Of a stretch of 64,000 nucleotides of DNA, positions 16,508 through 26,577 are shown piece after piece. Each line of letters starts with the position of its first letter. The stretch's first letter is position 1. Source of the DNA: Oculatellaceae cyanobacterium bins.114 (GTDB taxonomy: Bacteria; Cyanobacteriota; Cyanobacteriia; Elainellales; Elainellaceae); NCBI GenBank assembly GCA_033764315.1, contig JANRJA010000205.1, positions 1 through 64,000 on the forward strand, read 5' to 3'. The notes below the pieces were generated by a model. That model was not told where the DNA came from. It saw nothing but the letters and a program-made list of their open reading frames with translations, and ran no database searches. Position numbers and translations under genes: made by a program.

Positions 16508-17167
16508 TTAATTTGTCAGTTCAAAACGTTGTTTAACCGCAGTTTGAATCCGTTGAGCTACATCGTCTTCATGACCATTAGCATCAATCCGAACAATTCG
16601 CTGGGGATGGTGTTGAGCCAGATCTGCAAACCCCTGTTGCACCCGTTGATGAAATGCTAGATCTGCTTTTTCCATGCGATCGCTGGCTCCTCGTTGTTGA
16701 GTGCGGGCTAGACCAGTCTCAGCATCCAGATCGAGCCAAAGAGTCAGGTCACTCTGCAATCCATCCGTCGCAATGTAATTCAACTGATCAATTAAACCCC
16801 GATCCAGTCCTCGACCATACCCCTGATAGGCGATCGTTGAGTCTGTATAGCGATCGCATAGGATCCAGGTTCCTTGAGCCAACTGAGGTTTAAGAAAAAA
16901 CTCAACGTGCTGAGCGCGATCGGCTGCATACAGTAACAACTCAGCCCGATTAACAATAGGTTCTTGATCGGAGTGCAGCAAGAGTTGCCGAATCTCTTGC
17001 CCAATCACTGTTCCCCCTGGTTCACGAGTCACAATGACATCAAACTCACGCTCTGCTGACAATAGCAACACACGTTGCTCTGATAACAGCCAGGTTTGCA
17101 AACGACGCACCTGAGTCGTTTTACCACTCCCCTCAACTCCTTCAAACACAATAAACCGACCGGGCAT
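16508..17167 (-). CDS. tmk: Thymidylate kinase
   Basis: FEGVEGSGKTTQ, TREPGGT, LCDRYTDSTIAYQGYGRG. Confidence 0.97.
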   Translation of the reverse strand: MPGRFIVFEGVEGSGKTTQVRRLQTWLLSEQRVLLLSAEREFDVIVTREPGGTVIGQEIRQLLLHSDQEPIVNRAELLLYAADRAQHVEFFLKPQLAQGTWILCDRYTDSTIAYQGYGRGLDRGLIDQLNYIATDGLQSDLTLWLDLDAETGLARTQQRGASDRMEKADLAFHQRVQQGFADLAQHHPQRIVRIDANGHEDDVAQRIQTAVKQRFELTN

Positions 17168-17488
17168 ATTTCTTTAAGATTCAATGAACTTGCGTCAGCT
17201 TACACACTTTTGGGGGTTGCGACAACACAAGGGACATGTGAAAATTTATCAGGCAGAGTTTTTCTATTAATCTGTGTAAGCAAGATAAGTGGATAATAAG
17301 CTCCAAGATTTTTGTCCGGATAACTTGGTTAATTAGCTGAAGTTCATACATTTTGAGCTGACTAACTAATTGAGCTGGCTAACGAGCCTCAGAACATCAA
17401 AAAGAGATTGTCTCTAGAGATTAACTGAGACTTCAATTTAAGTTCGATATGATCAAGTCAATGATGTGCTGCATGTCCGGAGTTGCTT

Positions 17489-17836
17489 ATGGCTCGTTAT
17501 ACTAGCTTATTCACGGTTGCTGTCTCCTTTGATCGCCTCCGGCAACTGCTAACCGATGTTTTAGAGTCTTGCCATTTCGATGTCATCTACAATACCGAAG
17601 ATTATTTGGTAGCTCGTGAAACTCCAGGTCGGGTCACGTTTGCCAAGTTGGTAACGGTTGAAGTTCTGATTGACAAATTTCCGATGGATGAGTCAGAAGT
17701 GCGCATGAGTTTTGTCGTCAAAAACGAAGAACTCCCCATTCACAGCGACAATCACTGCCGTCAGATGTTTAACCTAGTGAACCGGGCTGTTACCGAGAGT
17801 CACCAGTGGCATTTGATTGAGAGCGTTGCTACTTAG
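17489..17836 (+). CDS. Conserved cyanobacterial hypothetical protein
   Basis: Clean ORF MARYT...FAKLVTVEVLID...VVKNEELP..DNHC with normal composition, divergent from tmk. Confidence 0.8.
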   Translation: MARYTSLFTVAVSFDRLRQLLTDVLESCHFDVIYNTEDYLVARETPGRVTFAKLVTVEVLIDKFPMDESEVRMSFVVKNEELPIHSDNHCRQMFNLVNRAVTESHQWHLIESVAT

Positions 17837-18358
17837 TTGCTACTGAATTGCATTCACAGCCTAACCGCCATCTGAGCAGATAATTAGGGGATAGCCTTTT
17901 TGAGGCAAATGAAAAGCCGGAGATAGATACCTGATGGCTCTCAGGGGTTTGGCTTGCCCCTCTGTTGTCTGTACTGTGCTTCGAAGCGGCTGCGATCGCT
18001 TGTTCTCCTGCCTCTCTTGCAAAGCAGGAAACCCACGCAAAAAACCGAAGTCCTTCCTTTGCAAGGGAATTTAAGGGAGTGCAAACCTGCATTGATAAAT
18101 CAACTCTCATAAGCGATTTATCTTACAAATGATTGAGGACTGTTATATATCTTTTTTAAATATTTAAAAGAAGCAAACTAGCGTTGCTGGCTGGAAAAAT
18201 TTGGGAATGTTATTTAAGGATCTTGGCTTTTCTGGACTGTCCCTTGAGATCGCACTAAATCAGGCTATCAATGGTGTATTTCCCCGCATAAAAGCTGGCT
18301 CTACTTGCAGACATTATCACTTGATCAATGTCAGTATTAATAAACAGAAGTTTAATAG

Positions 18359-20458
18359 ATGACAGGCTTAATCTTCTCTAACAAGGTTCAATCCACTACA
18401 GCCAAAATTAATGATTTATCCCTTCCAAATAACTTATCTCGTTGGCAATTGCACAACGGAGGGGCAGAGAAAATTGTGGCAGATGAGATATTGAACCCCG
18501 ATCTAGAAACAACTCAGCAGATTTTGAGCGAGTTGTTGCGCTCTGCCAATAACTTCTCTTTGGAGCAAAAACAACTTTTAACTAGCGTGTTAGGCAATCT
18601 TGCCCATGCCTCAGCTGAAATCGAGACTGTCTTTAGTCAGCTCAAACTCAACCAACAAGAGCTAACTCAACGCATTGAGCAGGAACAGATCGTTGGGGCG
18701 ATCGCTCAACGCATTCATCAATCACTTAATCCGCACGAGATCCTCCATATCGCTGCACGAGGGATCCAGGAATTACTCACTAGCGATCGCGTCATAGTGC
18801 ACCACTTTCCCGTTGCTAAAGGGTCTTTTGTGGTGGCTGAAAGCCCAACCACGACGTGCAAACCTCATATTGACACGCTTGCCTATCAGGGTTGGTTAAA
18901 GGGGCTGATCGATCAACTGGCAATAGAACCCTACATAGCTATAGATGTCGGTCAAGAAAAACTACCCCCTCTCGTTGCAGAGGGGTTGCGGCGGAGCCAG
19001 GTAAAGGGGCTATTAGTCGTCCCTATTGTTCGTGAAGGTCAAGTTTTGGGAGCCATTAGTGTGCATCAGTGCTCTGGCATTCGGCAGTGGCAACTCTTAG
19101 AAGTCAAGTTACTCCGACATCTGGCAGATCAAATGGCGATCGCTCTACATCAATCAGAGCTTTATCAGCAAGTGCAACACCTGAACGCCGACCTGGAGCA
19201 ACAAGTGCAACAGCGCACGGTTGAAGTGCAAAAAGCCCTGAACTTTGAATCGATGCTAAAGCGCATTACCGATAAGGTGCGCGATTCTCTGGATGAGAGT
19301 CAAATTTTGCAGACAGCCGTTCAAGAGTTGACCCTTGTGCTGGGTTTAGGCGGATGCAATGCTGCTCTCTATGATCTCAGTCAGGGAACATCCACCATTT
19401 GCTATGAATATACTGACTCCGTCCCTGCCTATCAAGGACGGGTAGCCCAGATGGATCACTTCCCCGAAATTTATAGCCAACTGCAACAGGGATATTATCT
19501 TCAGTTTTGCTCCCTGGTTCCCAACCCTGTGCGAGGATATGTGGCAATGCTAGCCTGTCCTATCTTCGTTGACTCCAATCTATCTCAAGGCATCGAACAA
19601 GTAGTCTTAGGAGATTTGTGGTTAATTCATGATAGAGACCACGTCTTTACTGAGTTTGAGATTCGTCTGGTGCAGCAGGTCGCTAACCAATGTGCGATCG
19701 CCATTCGTCAGGCTCGTTTGTTTCAAGCCGCACAGGGGCAAGTGCAAGAACTTGAAAAACTCAATCGTCTCAAAGATGAATTTTTGAGCACAGTCTCCCA
19801 TGAATTGCGAACCCCCATCACCAATGTCAAGATGGCAATTCACATGTTAAAGATTGCCTCAGATGAAGAACGACGACAACGCTGCCTGAGCATCTTAGAA
19901 GCTGAGACAGCTAGAGAAGCAGAATTAATTGATGAGTTGTTGGATTTACAACGCCTGGAAGCCGCCGCTCAACCTATTGTCTTAGAAAAGAACCAAATTC
20001 AAGACTGGTTGCCTGGTTTAATTGAACCGTTTCGATCGCGCATTGCCAGTCGTCAACAAACGCTCAAAGTCGATTGTCCAGACGATCTTCCCCCTTTCGT
20101 GACAGATGTCAGCATCTTGCGACGCATCCTTACAGAATTGTTAAACAATGCCTGCAAATATACATCCCAAGACCGTGCGATCGCTCTTAGCGTTTCTTCT
20201 GAACCACACCCTAGCCGCGACAACACAACTGTCATTACGATTCGCAATCAAGCAGATATCCCTCTCGGCGAATTACCACATATTTTTGAGAAGTTTTACC
20301 GGGTGATTCAAGCCGATCGTTACAAACAAGGAGGTACTGGTCTGGGCTTAGCACTGGTGCAAAAGCGAGTAGAACAACTCAGCGGCAGCGTTGAAGTTGA
20401 AAGTATTCATGGCTGGACGACGTTTACAATACGATTGCCTGCCCTACAGATAGGTTAG
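18359..20458 (+). CDS. GAF-GAF sensor histidine kinase
   Basis: Two GAF domains (IHQSLN...DRVIV; KVRDSLDE...QCAIAIRQARL), H-box SHELRTP, NNACKY, GTGLGL. Confidence 0.93.
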   Translation: MTGLIFSNKVQSTTAKINDLSLPNNLSRWQLHNGGAEKIVADEILNPDLETTQQILSELLRSANNFSLEQKQLLTSVLGNLAHASAEIETVFSQLKLNQQELTQRIEQEQIVGAIAQRIHQSLNPHEILHIAARGIQELLTSDRVIVHHFPVAKGSFVVAESPTTTCKPHIDTLAYQGWLKGLIDQLAIEPYIAIDVGQEKLPPLVAEGLRRSQVKGLLVVPIVREGQVLGAISVHQCSGIRQWQLLEVKLLRHLADQMAIALHQSELYQQVQHLNADLEQQVQQRTVEVQKALNFESMLKRITDKVRDSLDESQILQTAVQELTLVLGLGGCNAALYDLSQGTSTICYEYTDSVPAYQGRVAQMDHFPEIYSQLQQGYYLQFCSLVPNPVRGYVAMLACPIFVDSNLSQGIEQVVLGDLWLIHDRDHVFTEFEIRLVQQVANQCAIAIRQARLFQAAQGQVQELEKLNRLKDEFLSTVSHELRTPITNVKMAIHMLKIASDEERRQRCLSILEAETAREAELIDELLDLQRLEAAAQPIVLEKNQIQDWLPGLIEPFRSRIASRQQTLKVDCPDDLPPFVTDVSILRRILTELLNNACKYTSQDRAIALSVSSEPHPSRDNTTVITIRNQADIPLGELPHIFEKFYRVIQADRYKQGGTGLGLALVQKRVEQLSGSVEVESIHGWTTFTIRLPALQIG

Positions 20459-20539
20459 ATCAGATAGGTTAGATCGAAGCCGTCTTCACTTAGCACTCAG
20501 CACGCTCACGCACTGTGTCTTCTTGCCCACTACGTCTTC

Positions 20540-21727
20540 TCACCAGTCCACCTGGGCACGCTCTTGTACAATGCGATCGTAGACGGCTTCAGTTTGCGTA
20601 GCCAGTTTAGCCCAGTTAAAGCGATGTTCTAGATCATCATAAGCGTTGTCAATCAGCCATTTAGCATAGCCCGGATTTTTGAGGACTTCCAAAATTCCCC
20701 AGGCCAATGATTCAGCATTGGCGGCTTGAGTCACGATCCCAGTTTTGGTGTGGCGCACCACCTCAGGAAACCCTCCTGCATTAGAGACAACCACGGGCAC
20801 ACGAGCAGCAAAGCTTTCTAATGCCACGATCCCAAATGGTTCATACAAGCTCGGAAAAACGGCGCAATCGGCCACAGTCTGAAATTGATCCAGGTCACTA
20901 TCCGACATGAACCCATTGAAATAGCACTTGTCCCAAATCCCCAGATCCCATGCTTGCCGTTTCAAATGGTCTGTATTGCCACTTCCAATAATGACAAATT
21001 TCACAGCTCCAGCCATTTCCCAGATAATTTTAGGAGCCGCACTGAGCAGTACTTGTACCCCTTTTTCGTGGGCCATGCGTCCGACGTAATATACGACTCG
21101 CTCAGTATCGGCGGCAAAACGGCGGCGGAATCCCCAAAAGTCAAAATCATCGGGGTGGGGTTTCTTTTCAGGGCGAATCCCGTTGTAAATAACATCAATT
21201 TTGTCCCAAGGGCTTTGCAGCACCCGTTCAATTTCGCGACGCATGTAATTGGTACAAACAATAACGCGCCAAGCATTATGAGCCAGAAGATGTTCTTTGT
21301 CGTTGATGTAATAGTGTGTGGGGTTGTGCAAGCCGTTATAGCGTCCAAACTCGGTGGCATGAATGGTGGCAACTAACGGAATTTTGAAGGTGTGTTTCAG
21401 GGCGATCGCCGCATCTCCTACTAACCAGTCGTGAGCATGAATTAAGTCAAAGGGGCCATCCTCTAGCAGCAATTTGCCGCCATGTCGCCCCATACTCTCA
21501 TTCATATTGCTGACCCAATGAAAGAAATCGCGACTGGGCCCAACGGGAATGCGATGAATTTGGATGCCCTCTACCACTTCATACCAAGGGGCTTGACCAA
21601 ACTCAACGGTCAGTAGGTGGATATCGTGTCCGAGTTTGACAATCTCAGGATATAGCTCTGATACATGGCGGGCGATGCCTCCCACGATGCGAGGTGGAAA
21701 CTCCCATGCCAGTACCAAAATTTTCAT
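20540..21727 (-). CDS. Glycosyltransferase family 4
   Basis: WEFPPRIVGG, HAHDWL, PSLYEPFGIVALE (EX7E). Confidence 0.94.
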   Translation of the reverse strand: MKILVLAWEFPPRIVGGIARHVSELYPEIVKLGHDIHLLTVEFGQAPWYEVVEGIQIHRIPVGPSRDFFHWVSNMNESMGRHGGKLLLEDGPFDLIHAHDWLVGDAAIALKHTFKIPLVATIHATEFGRYNGLHNPTHYYINDKEHLLAHNAWRVIVCTNYMRREIERVLQSPWDKIDVIYNGIRPEKKPHPDDFDFWGFRRRFAADTERVVYYVGRMAHEKGVQVLLSAAPKIIWEMAGAVKFVIIGSGNTDHLKRQAWDLGIWDKCYFNGFMSDSDLDQFQTVADCAVFPSLYEPFGIVALESFAARVPVVVSNAGGFPEVVRHTKTGIVTQAANAESLAWGILEVLKNPGYAKWLIDNAYDDLEHRFNWAKLATQTEAVYDRIVQERAQVDW

Positions 21728-22187
21728 GGTGACTGCTCTGCTCCCTTTACATAAGTTCCAACAATTTTACATAACTGATCTACCCAACTGGGTTTTGTAA
21801 TCAGCATCTATGACACCACTCAACGTTGTCAGGCATCTAGTTCCCAATCTCAGTTTTCGAGGCGTTAATCAACTCTACTGAATTAGGCAATATTAGCAAT
21901 CCACCAATGACATAAACAACGAATCTCAATTAGTGCACGAGTTGTTGGCTTAATTCATCATCTCTAGAACGCTAAGTTGTGTGACACAGCCTATGAACTT
22001 GATAAGCCTTCAATGCGGTTGGGTAGTCTGGGAAATAAGCGATCGCGGAAAATGCTCTAACCACCCTGATGCTTAAATGATGGGATCTGTATCTTCAGCT
22101 TATAACGCGACTGGTTTTGTGAAACACGATTGAGACAATCTATCACTCTTGTCTCAGGTTGCTCCGTCTGACCCTGCTCACTTGGAT

Positions 22188-22251
22188 TAGAGTTTAACAC
22201 TGGGCTTTAAGACTGGGCTTTAACAATAGGGGTTAATACTGGGGTTAATAC
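22188..22251 (+). repeat. Five tandem 12-13-bp units directly before the USP start codon
   Basis: TAGAGTTTAACAC / TGGGCTTTAAGAC / TGGGCTTTAACAA / TAGGGGTTAATAC / TGGGGTTAATAC. Confidence 0.75.
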
Positions 22252-22252
22252 T

Positions 22253-23308
22253 ATGGCTCAACTAAGTTCCTCTGATTTGCATCTGCCATTACTACTCGCA
22301 GCCAACAGTCCCCGTCATGCTGATGTCGGACAACAGTGGCTTCAGCCGATCGCAAATTTATTGACACCCCAATCTGATGCACATCCTCTATGCTCTATCC
22401 TAGCGATTTCAGGGGAATCAGCATCCTGTCTTAACCCAGTATCAGAGTCCTATGCAGATGCCCCCTCTTTACAGCCACACCCAGGGCGGTCAGCGTTGCC
22501 TATTTTAGACTATGCTCAAGCTGTTCAAGCAGGCTTGCTTGGGTTTACCTGGCGATCGCCCAACACCTCAAAACAACGAGCAGAAGAAGACGTATCAGAA
22601 GACGTAGGAATGGCGATCGCTCGCTATGCGCCCTGTCCTGTATTGGTCATACGAGATGCTCAAGAGGGGTTAAGAGAGCCAAGTTGGAACCATGTTCTTT
22701 TGGTAGTCAATGCCTCGGACGCCACGAAAGGAGCCATGCAAAGCAGTTCCTCCGATGGGGTCATTGGCATCACTCGTCAATTGATCCCCGCTGGCATTCG
22801 CCACATCACCATCCTCTGCATTCAACCCCCGCTTAATCCCCACTACCTCTTTGGTCCATTTGCCACCCGGATTCCCAACTGGCAACTCACTCAATCACTA
22901 CGACAAGCTCAATATGAACAGAGCCAAAGCATTGCCCTGCAAACTAAGACAGCTTTGAACTTGCCCGATGGAGCCGTGCAAACCCTGATCCAAATAAGTG
23001 ACTCTGGCTCCCTCATCTGCAATGCTGCCCAGCACCACCAAGCCGATGTGATTATTATGGGCAGCGATACAGTAAGACGGCTTCCCATTGCCAATTACCA
23101 TTCCCACCGCCGCGATCGCCTCACTCCTTTAGCAAATTACGTCATTCACCATAGCCCTTGCCCTGTTTTGCTATGTCGATCTAGGCCATCGACCGCTAAC
23201 TCATCGACCGCTAACTCATCAGCATCTAACCTATCAACATCCAGAGCCAAACGCTTTGCCTTACCAAAATTGAAACTTCCCACTACAGCAATGGCTAAAC
23301 CAAGATAG
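22253..23308 (+). CDS. Divergent tandem universal stress protein
   Basis: IARYAPCPVLVIR and ADVIIMGS...YVIHHSPCPVLLCR, two USP C-terminal signatures. Confidence 0.8.
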   Translation: MAQLSSSDLHLPLLLAANSPRHADVGQQWLQPIANLLTPQSDAHPLCSILAISGESASCLNPVSESYADAPSLQPHPGRSALPILDYAQAVQAGLLGFTWRSPNTSKQRAEEDVSEDVGMAIARYAPCPVLVIRDAQEGLREPSWNHVLLVVNASDATKGAMQSSSSDGVIGITRQLIPAGIRHITILCIQPPLNPHYLFGPFATRIPNWQLTQSLRQAQYEQSQSIALQTKTALNLPDGAVQTLIQISDSGSLICNAAQHHQADVIIMGSDTVRRLPIANYHSHRRDRLTPLANYVIHHSPCPVLLCRSRPSTANSSTANSSASNLSTSRAKRFALPKLKLPTTAMAKPR

Positions 23309-23360
23309 TCTATAAATAGTGAAGAAAACTGGAAGAATTACCCTGTCTGAGCAAGACCGC

Positions 23361-24536
23361 ATGGAGGCACTGTCCCAATCATTTGAGAGACCTGAAGCAC
23401 CCTTGCAGCTCTTGCTGTTTGTGGATAAACGTCCTAATGCCAATGAGAAGATTCGTCAGGTTCGCAACTTTCTCAAAGAATTGGGAGACGAGTACCATTT
23501 TGATTTACAGATTATTGACGTTGGAGAGCAACCCCATCTCGCAGAACACTTCAAGTTAGTTGCCACGCCTACCCTGATCAAGCTCCACCCTGAACCCCGA
23601 CAAACTCTAGCTGGCAGTAATCTGGTAGCCCAAATTGAAAAGTGGTGGCCCCGATGGCAGCGATCAGTGGATGAATACACGGCTCGAATGCGACGCCATG
23701 AACCATCTGTAAAAGAAAATATAGAGAATTCAATTCCCTCAGTTGCCTATTCAGCAGAGTTGATTCAGCTCTCCGATGAAATTTTTCGCTTAAAAAAAGA
23801 AAAAGAAGACTTGCAGGAGCAACTCCGGTTTAAAGATGGTTTAATTGCCATGTTGGCACACGATTTGCGAAACCCTCTAACGGCTGCTTCTATTGCGTTA
23901 GAGACGCTAGAAATGGGGATTGAGCCAAAGGAAGTCGGTCAAGGGGCAAGATTGACCCCAACATTGATAGGGCAGTTAATCAAACATGCTCGAACTCAAA
24001 CCAAGGCGATCGACCGCATGATTACTGATGTATTGCAGGCTGCTCGTGGTACAGCGGCTGAGTTGCAAATTCAACCGCAACAGCTTGATTTAGGGAAATT
24101 GTGTCTGGATGTATTGAACCACCTCAAAGAGCAGTTTGAGCCAAAGTCACATCAATTAGTGACTGACATCCCCAGCGATTTACCCACTGTCTATGCCGAT
24201 GCTAAACAAGTCAGACAAGTTTTGATTAATCTGCTGGATAATGCCATCAAATACACCCCTAGTGGTGGAACTATTGAAGTTTCAATCCTGCACCGCACTA
24301 CTCAAAAAATTCAAGTGAGCGTTTGTGATAACGGTCCAGGAGTCCCCAAAGAAAATCAAGAGCGAATTTTTGAAGACCGCTTTCGATTAGAACGAGACGA
24401 AGCTAAAGAGGGTTATGGTATTGGCTTAGCGTTGTGTCAACGCGTCATTCGGGCACACTATGGGCAAATTTGGGTTGATTCGATTCCTAATCAAGGCAGT
24501 TGTTTTCACTTCACCCTGCCTGTGTACCGCCCTTAA
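23361..24536 (+). CDS. sasA: Circadian output histidine kinase SasA (KaiB-like sensor domain)
   Basis: [11 protein letters not shown]...[29 protein letters not shown] KaiB-like domain, [11 protein letters not shown]-box, GYGIGL. Start at 23361 (ATG) or 23319 (GTG). Confidence 0.95.
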   Translation: MEALSQSFERPEAPLQLLLFVDKRPNANEKIRQVRNFLKELGDEYHFDLQIIDVGEQPHLAEHFKLVATPTLIKLHPEPRQTLAGSNLVAQIEKWWPRWQRSVDEYTARMRRHEPSVKENIENSIPSVAYSAELIQLSDEIFRLKKEKEDLQEQLRFKDGLIAMLAHDLRNPLTAASIALETLEMGIEPKEVGQGARLTPTLIGQLIKHARTQTKAIDRMITDVLQAARGTAAELQIQPQQLDLGKLCLDVLNHLKEQFEPKSHQLVTDIPSDLPTVYADAKQVRQVLINLLDNAIKYTPSGGTIEVSILHRTTQKIQVSVCDNGPGVPKENQERIFEDRFRLERDEAKEGYGIGLALCQRVIRAHYGQIWVDSIPNQGSCFHFTLPVYRP

Positions 24537-25032
24537 AAGACGGAATCTGAGTAAAACTGTTAAATTAAGTTAAGACTTACAAGGCAAGCAGTAAGATGTA
24601 AAACAATTCTTTACAAATCTTGCAGATGTATCGTAGAGTTCATTACAGTCATGATTGCTGGTTTGGAGTATGGGGGTTAATTGTAAGATACATTGAGTTG
24701 ATCTGGCATTGAGTTGATCTGGTCAGATGCGCTTAAGAGCTAATTTATGAAATCACCCTTAAACCTTGAAATGGTTACTATCGCTTGCTCCCTCTCGGTT
24801 TCAGTTTCAAAGTAGAACCCAAACAAAAGGCTGGAGTTTCCCTTTAATCCCCTTAAAGCGAGATTTAGGAGGAGTAAGACCTTGATTGATAAATCAGTTC
24901 TAAAAGCTAATCAGGTGATTCTACAGAGACTGCTCAACCTTAGTTCGTTCTATATTTATGAGTTCGTTTTATAATAATTTGCCTTTGAAAAATAGGATTT
25001 ATTCCTAAAGGGTCATTAAGCGGAGGATTAGA

Positions 25033-25728
25033 TTGTCTGTGCTCCAACGTCTTAAACAAGATCTTAAGAATGATTTAATTGCAGGGTTGCTGGTGATTAT
25101 TCCGCTAGCAACGACGATTTGGCTAACTATTACGATCGCTAGTTGGGTCATCAACTTTTTAACGCGAATTCCCAAGCAGCTCAATCCGTTTATTGATCTG
25201 AACCCCATTTTGGGAGATTTACTCAACCTTTCAATTGGGTTTGCTGTGCCGCTGTTATCCATCTTGCTGATTGGCCTAATGGCTCGCAACATTGTTGGAC
25301 GCTGGTTGCTTGACTTCGGTGAGCGATTGTTGCAGGCAATTCCTTTTGCAGGAGCTGTCTATAAAACCCTTAAACAACTGTTAGAGACTCTTTTACGAGA
25401 TTCAAGTGGTAGATTTCGGCGCGTTGTTTTAGTCGAATATCCACGCAAGGGAATTTGGGCACTTGCGTTTGTCACCGGAACGTTGACTCCTGAGATTCAA
25501 TCTCATGTCACCAATCCGATGCTGAGTATTTTTATTCCAACGACTCCAAACCCAACAACTGGGTGGTATGCGGTAGTGCCTGAAAGTGATGTGATCACGT
25601 TGTCGATGTCGATTGAAGATGCCTTCAAAGTCGTCATCTCTGGGGGAATTGTTAGCCCCGGTTCTATCAGTACCTTGCCGGTCAGTAGCTTTGACAGCCG
25701 TAAGTTAGACTCATTAGATGAACCCTGA
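25033..25728 (+). CDS. DUF502 family membrane protein
   Basis: LKNDLIAGLLVIIPLATT, FRRVVLVEYPR, FIPTTPNPTTGW. Confidence 0.92.
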   Translation: MSVLQRLKQDLKNDLIAGLLVIIPLATTIWLTITIASWVINFLTRIPKQLNPFIDLNPILGDLLNLSIGFAVPLLSILLIGLMARNIVGRWLLDFGERLLQAIPFAGAVYKTLKQLLETLLRDSSGRFRRVVLVEYPRKGIWALAFVTGTLTPEIQSHVTNPMLSIFIPTTPNPTTGWYAVVPESDVITLSMSIEDAFKVVISGGIVSPGSISTLPVSSFDSRKLDSLDEP

Positions 25729-25885
25729 TCAGACGTCAAGCTTCAATCTTTTCCGAGGCTACCGCCGGATGAAGAGGGATAGTGGATAGTGAGGGGGCAA
25801 TTGTAGGCTGGTTTCTCAAAGCCTTAAAATCAATAGGTTGAGAGGGTAGGATGCAAGGGGTGCGATCGCTTAACAAAGGATTAAC

Positions 25886-26140
25886 ATGAACGCTGTAATG
25901 CTTCTGGGATTTGTAGCAGGTGCGCTGACCACGATCGCGTTTTTGCCACAGTTGTTAAAGACCTGGAAATCTCAATCAGCCAAAGATATTTCTTTGGAAT
26001 GGTTGATTACCTTTACGACAGGCATCTTGTTATGGTTGATTTACGGAATTTGCATTGCCTCTGTTCCTGTGATTCTCGCCAATGGAGTCACCTTGGTTCT
26101 GACCTCTATCATTCTATTTTTTAAGGTGAAGTTTGATTGA
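25886..26140 (+). CDS. SemiSWEET (PQ-loop) sugar transporter
   Basis: GALTTIAFLPQLLKTWKSQSAKDIS, three hydrophobic helices, SD-like AAAGGA upstream. Confidence 0.92.
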   Translation: MNAVMLLGFVAGALTTIAFLPQLLKTWKSQSAKDISLEWLITFTTGILLWLIYGICIASVPVILANGVTLVLTSIILFFKVKFD

Positions 26141-26524
26141 GTAAGAGAGCGGTGTCTCGTCTGTTTCATCCGAGATCACCTGTTTGGCTAACTCTGCAAT
26201 TTTCTCAGGTCCACAACGCTGCAACTGAGTTAATAGGTGAACTCCTTGATCAATTAACTGGCTAACATTAATTCCTGCGTAGGTCGGTTGATAGCGACGC
26301 AATCGATGAATGCCCTCCCCCAATAACGTCACCGATCCCCGCCAGTTGTGGTTGCTCAAGTGATACAGCCCAACTGCGATTTGAAGAACCCCCTGATAAA
26401 ACGTTTTTTGAGGCTCCATTGCTTCCATCCAGAGGGCTTCCAGGGTGTCATGACAGGCATAAAACTCTCCCTGATTAAACTGCTCTACACCTTGCCAAAA
26501 CTCTGGAGGAACGGTATCTGTCAT
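26114..26524 (-). CDS. DUF309 family protein
   Basis: FNQGEFYACHDTLEALW...YQGVLQIAV. Confidence 0.92.
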   Translation of the reverse strand: MTDTVPPEFWQGVEQFNQGEFYACHDTLEALWMEAMEPQKTFYQGVLQIAVGLYHLSNHNWRGSVTLLGEGIHRLRRYQPTYAGINVSQLIDQGVHLLTQLQRCGPEKIAELAKQVISDETDETPLSYSIKLHLKK

Positions 26525-26577
26525 AACTGGATGGGGATTAAAGGGTGAATAAGGAATAGGGTTAAGGATTTAAAGTC

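Noticed and set aside
17829-18110. 93-aa and 67-aa minus-strand intergenic ORFs
   Set aside because: No motifs or translation signals; cannot be supported without homology data.
24633-24646. NtcA site GTA-N8-TAC (GTAGAGTTCATTAC)
   Set aside because: There is no properly spaced TAN3T -10 box, and a 6-bp match is expected by chance many times in 64 kb.
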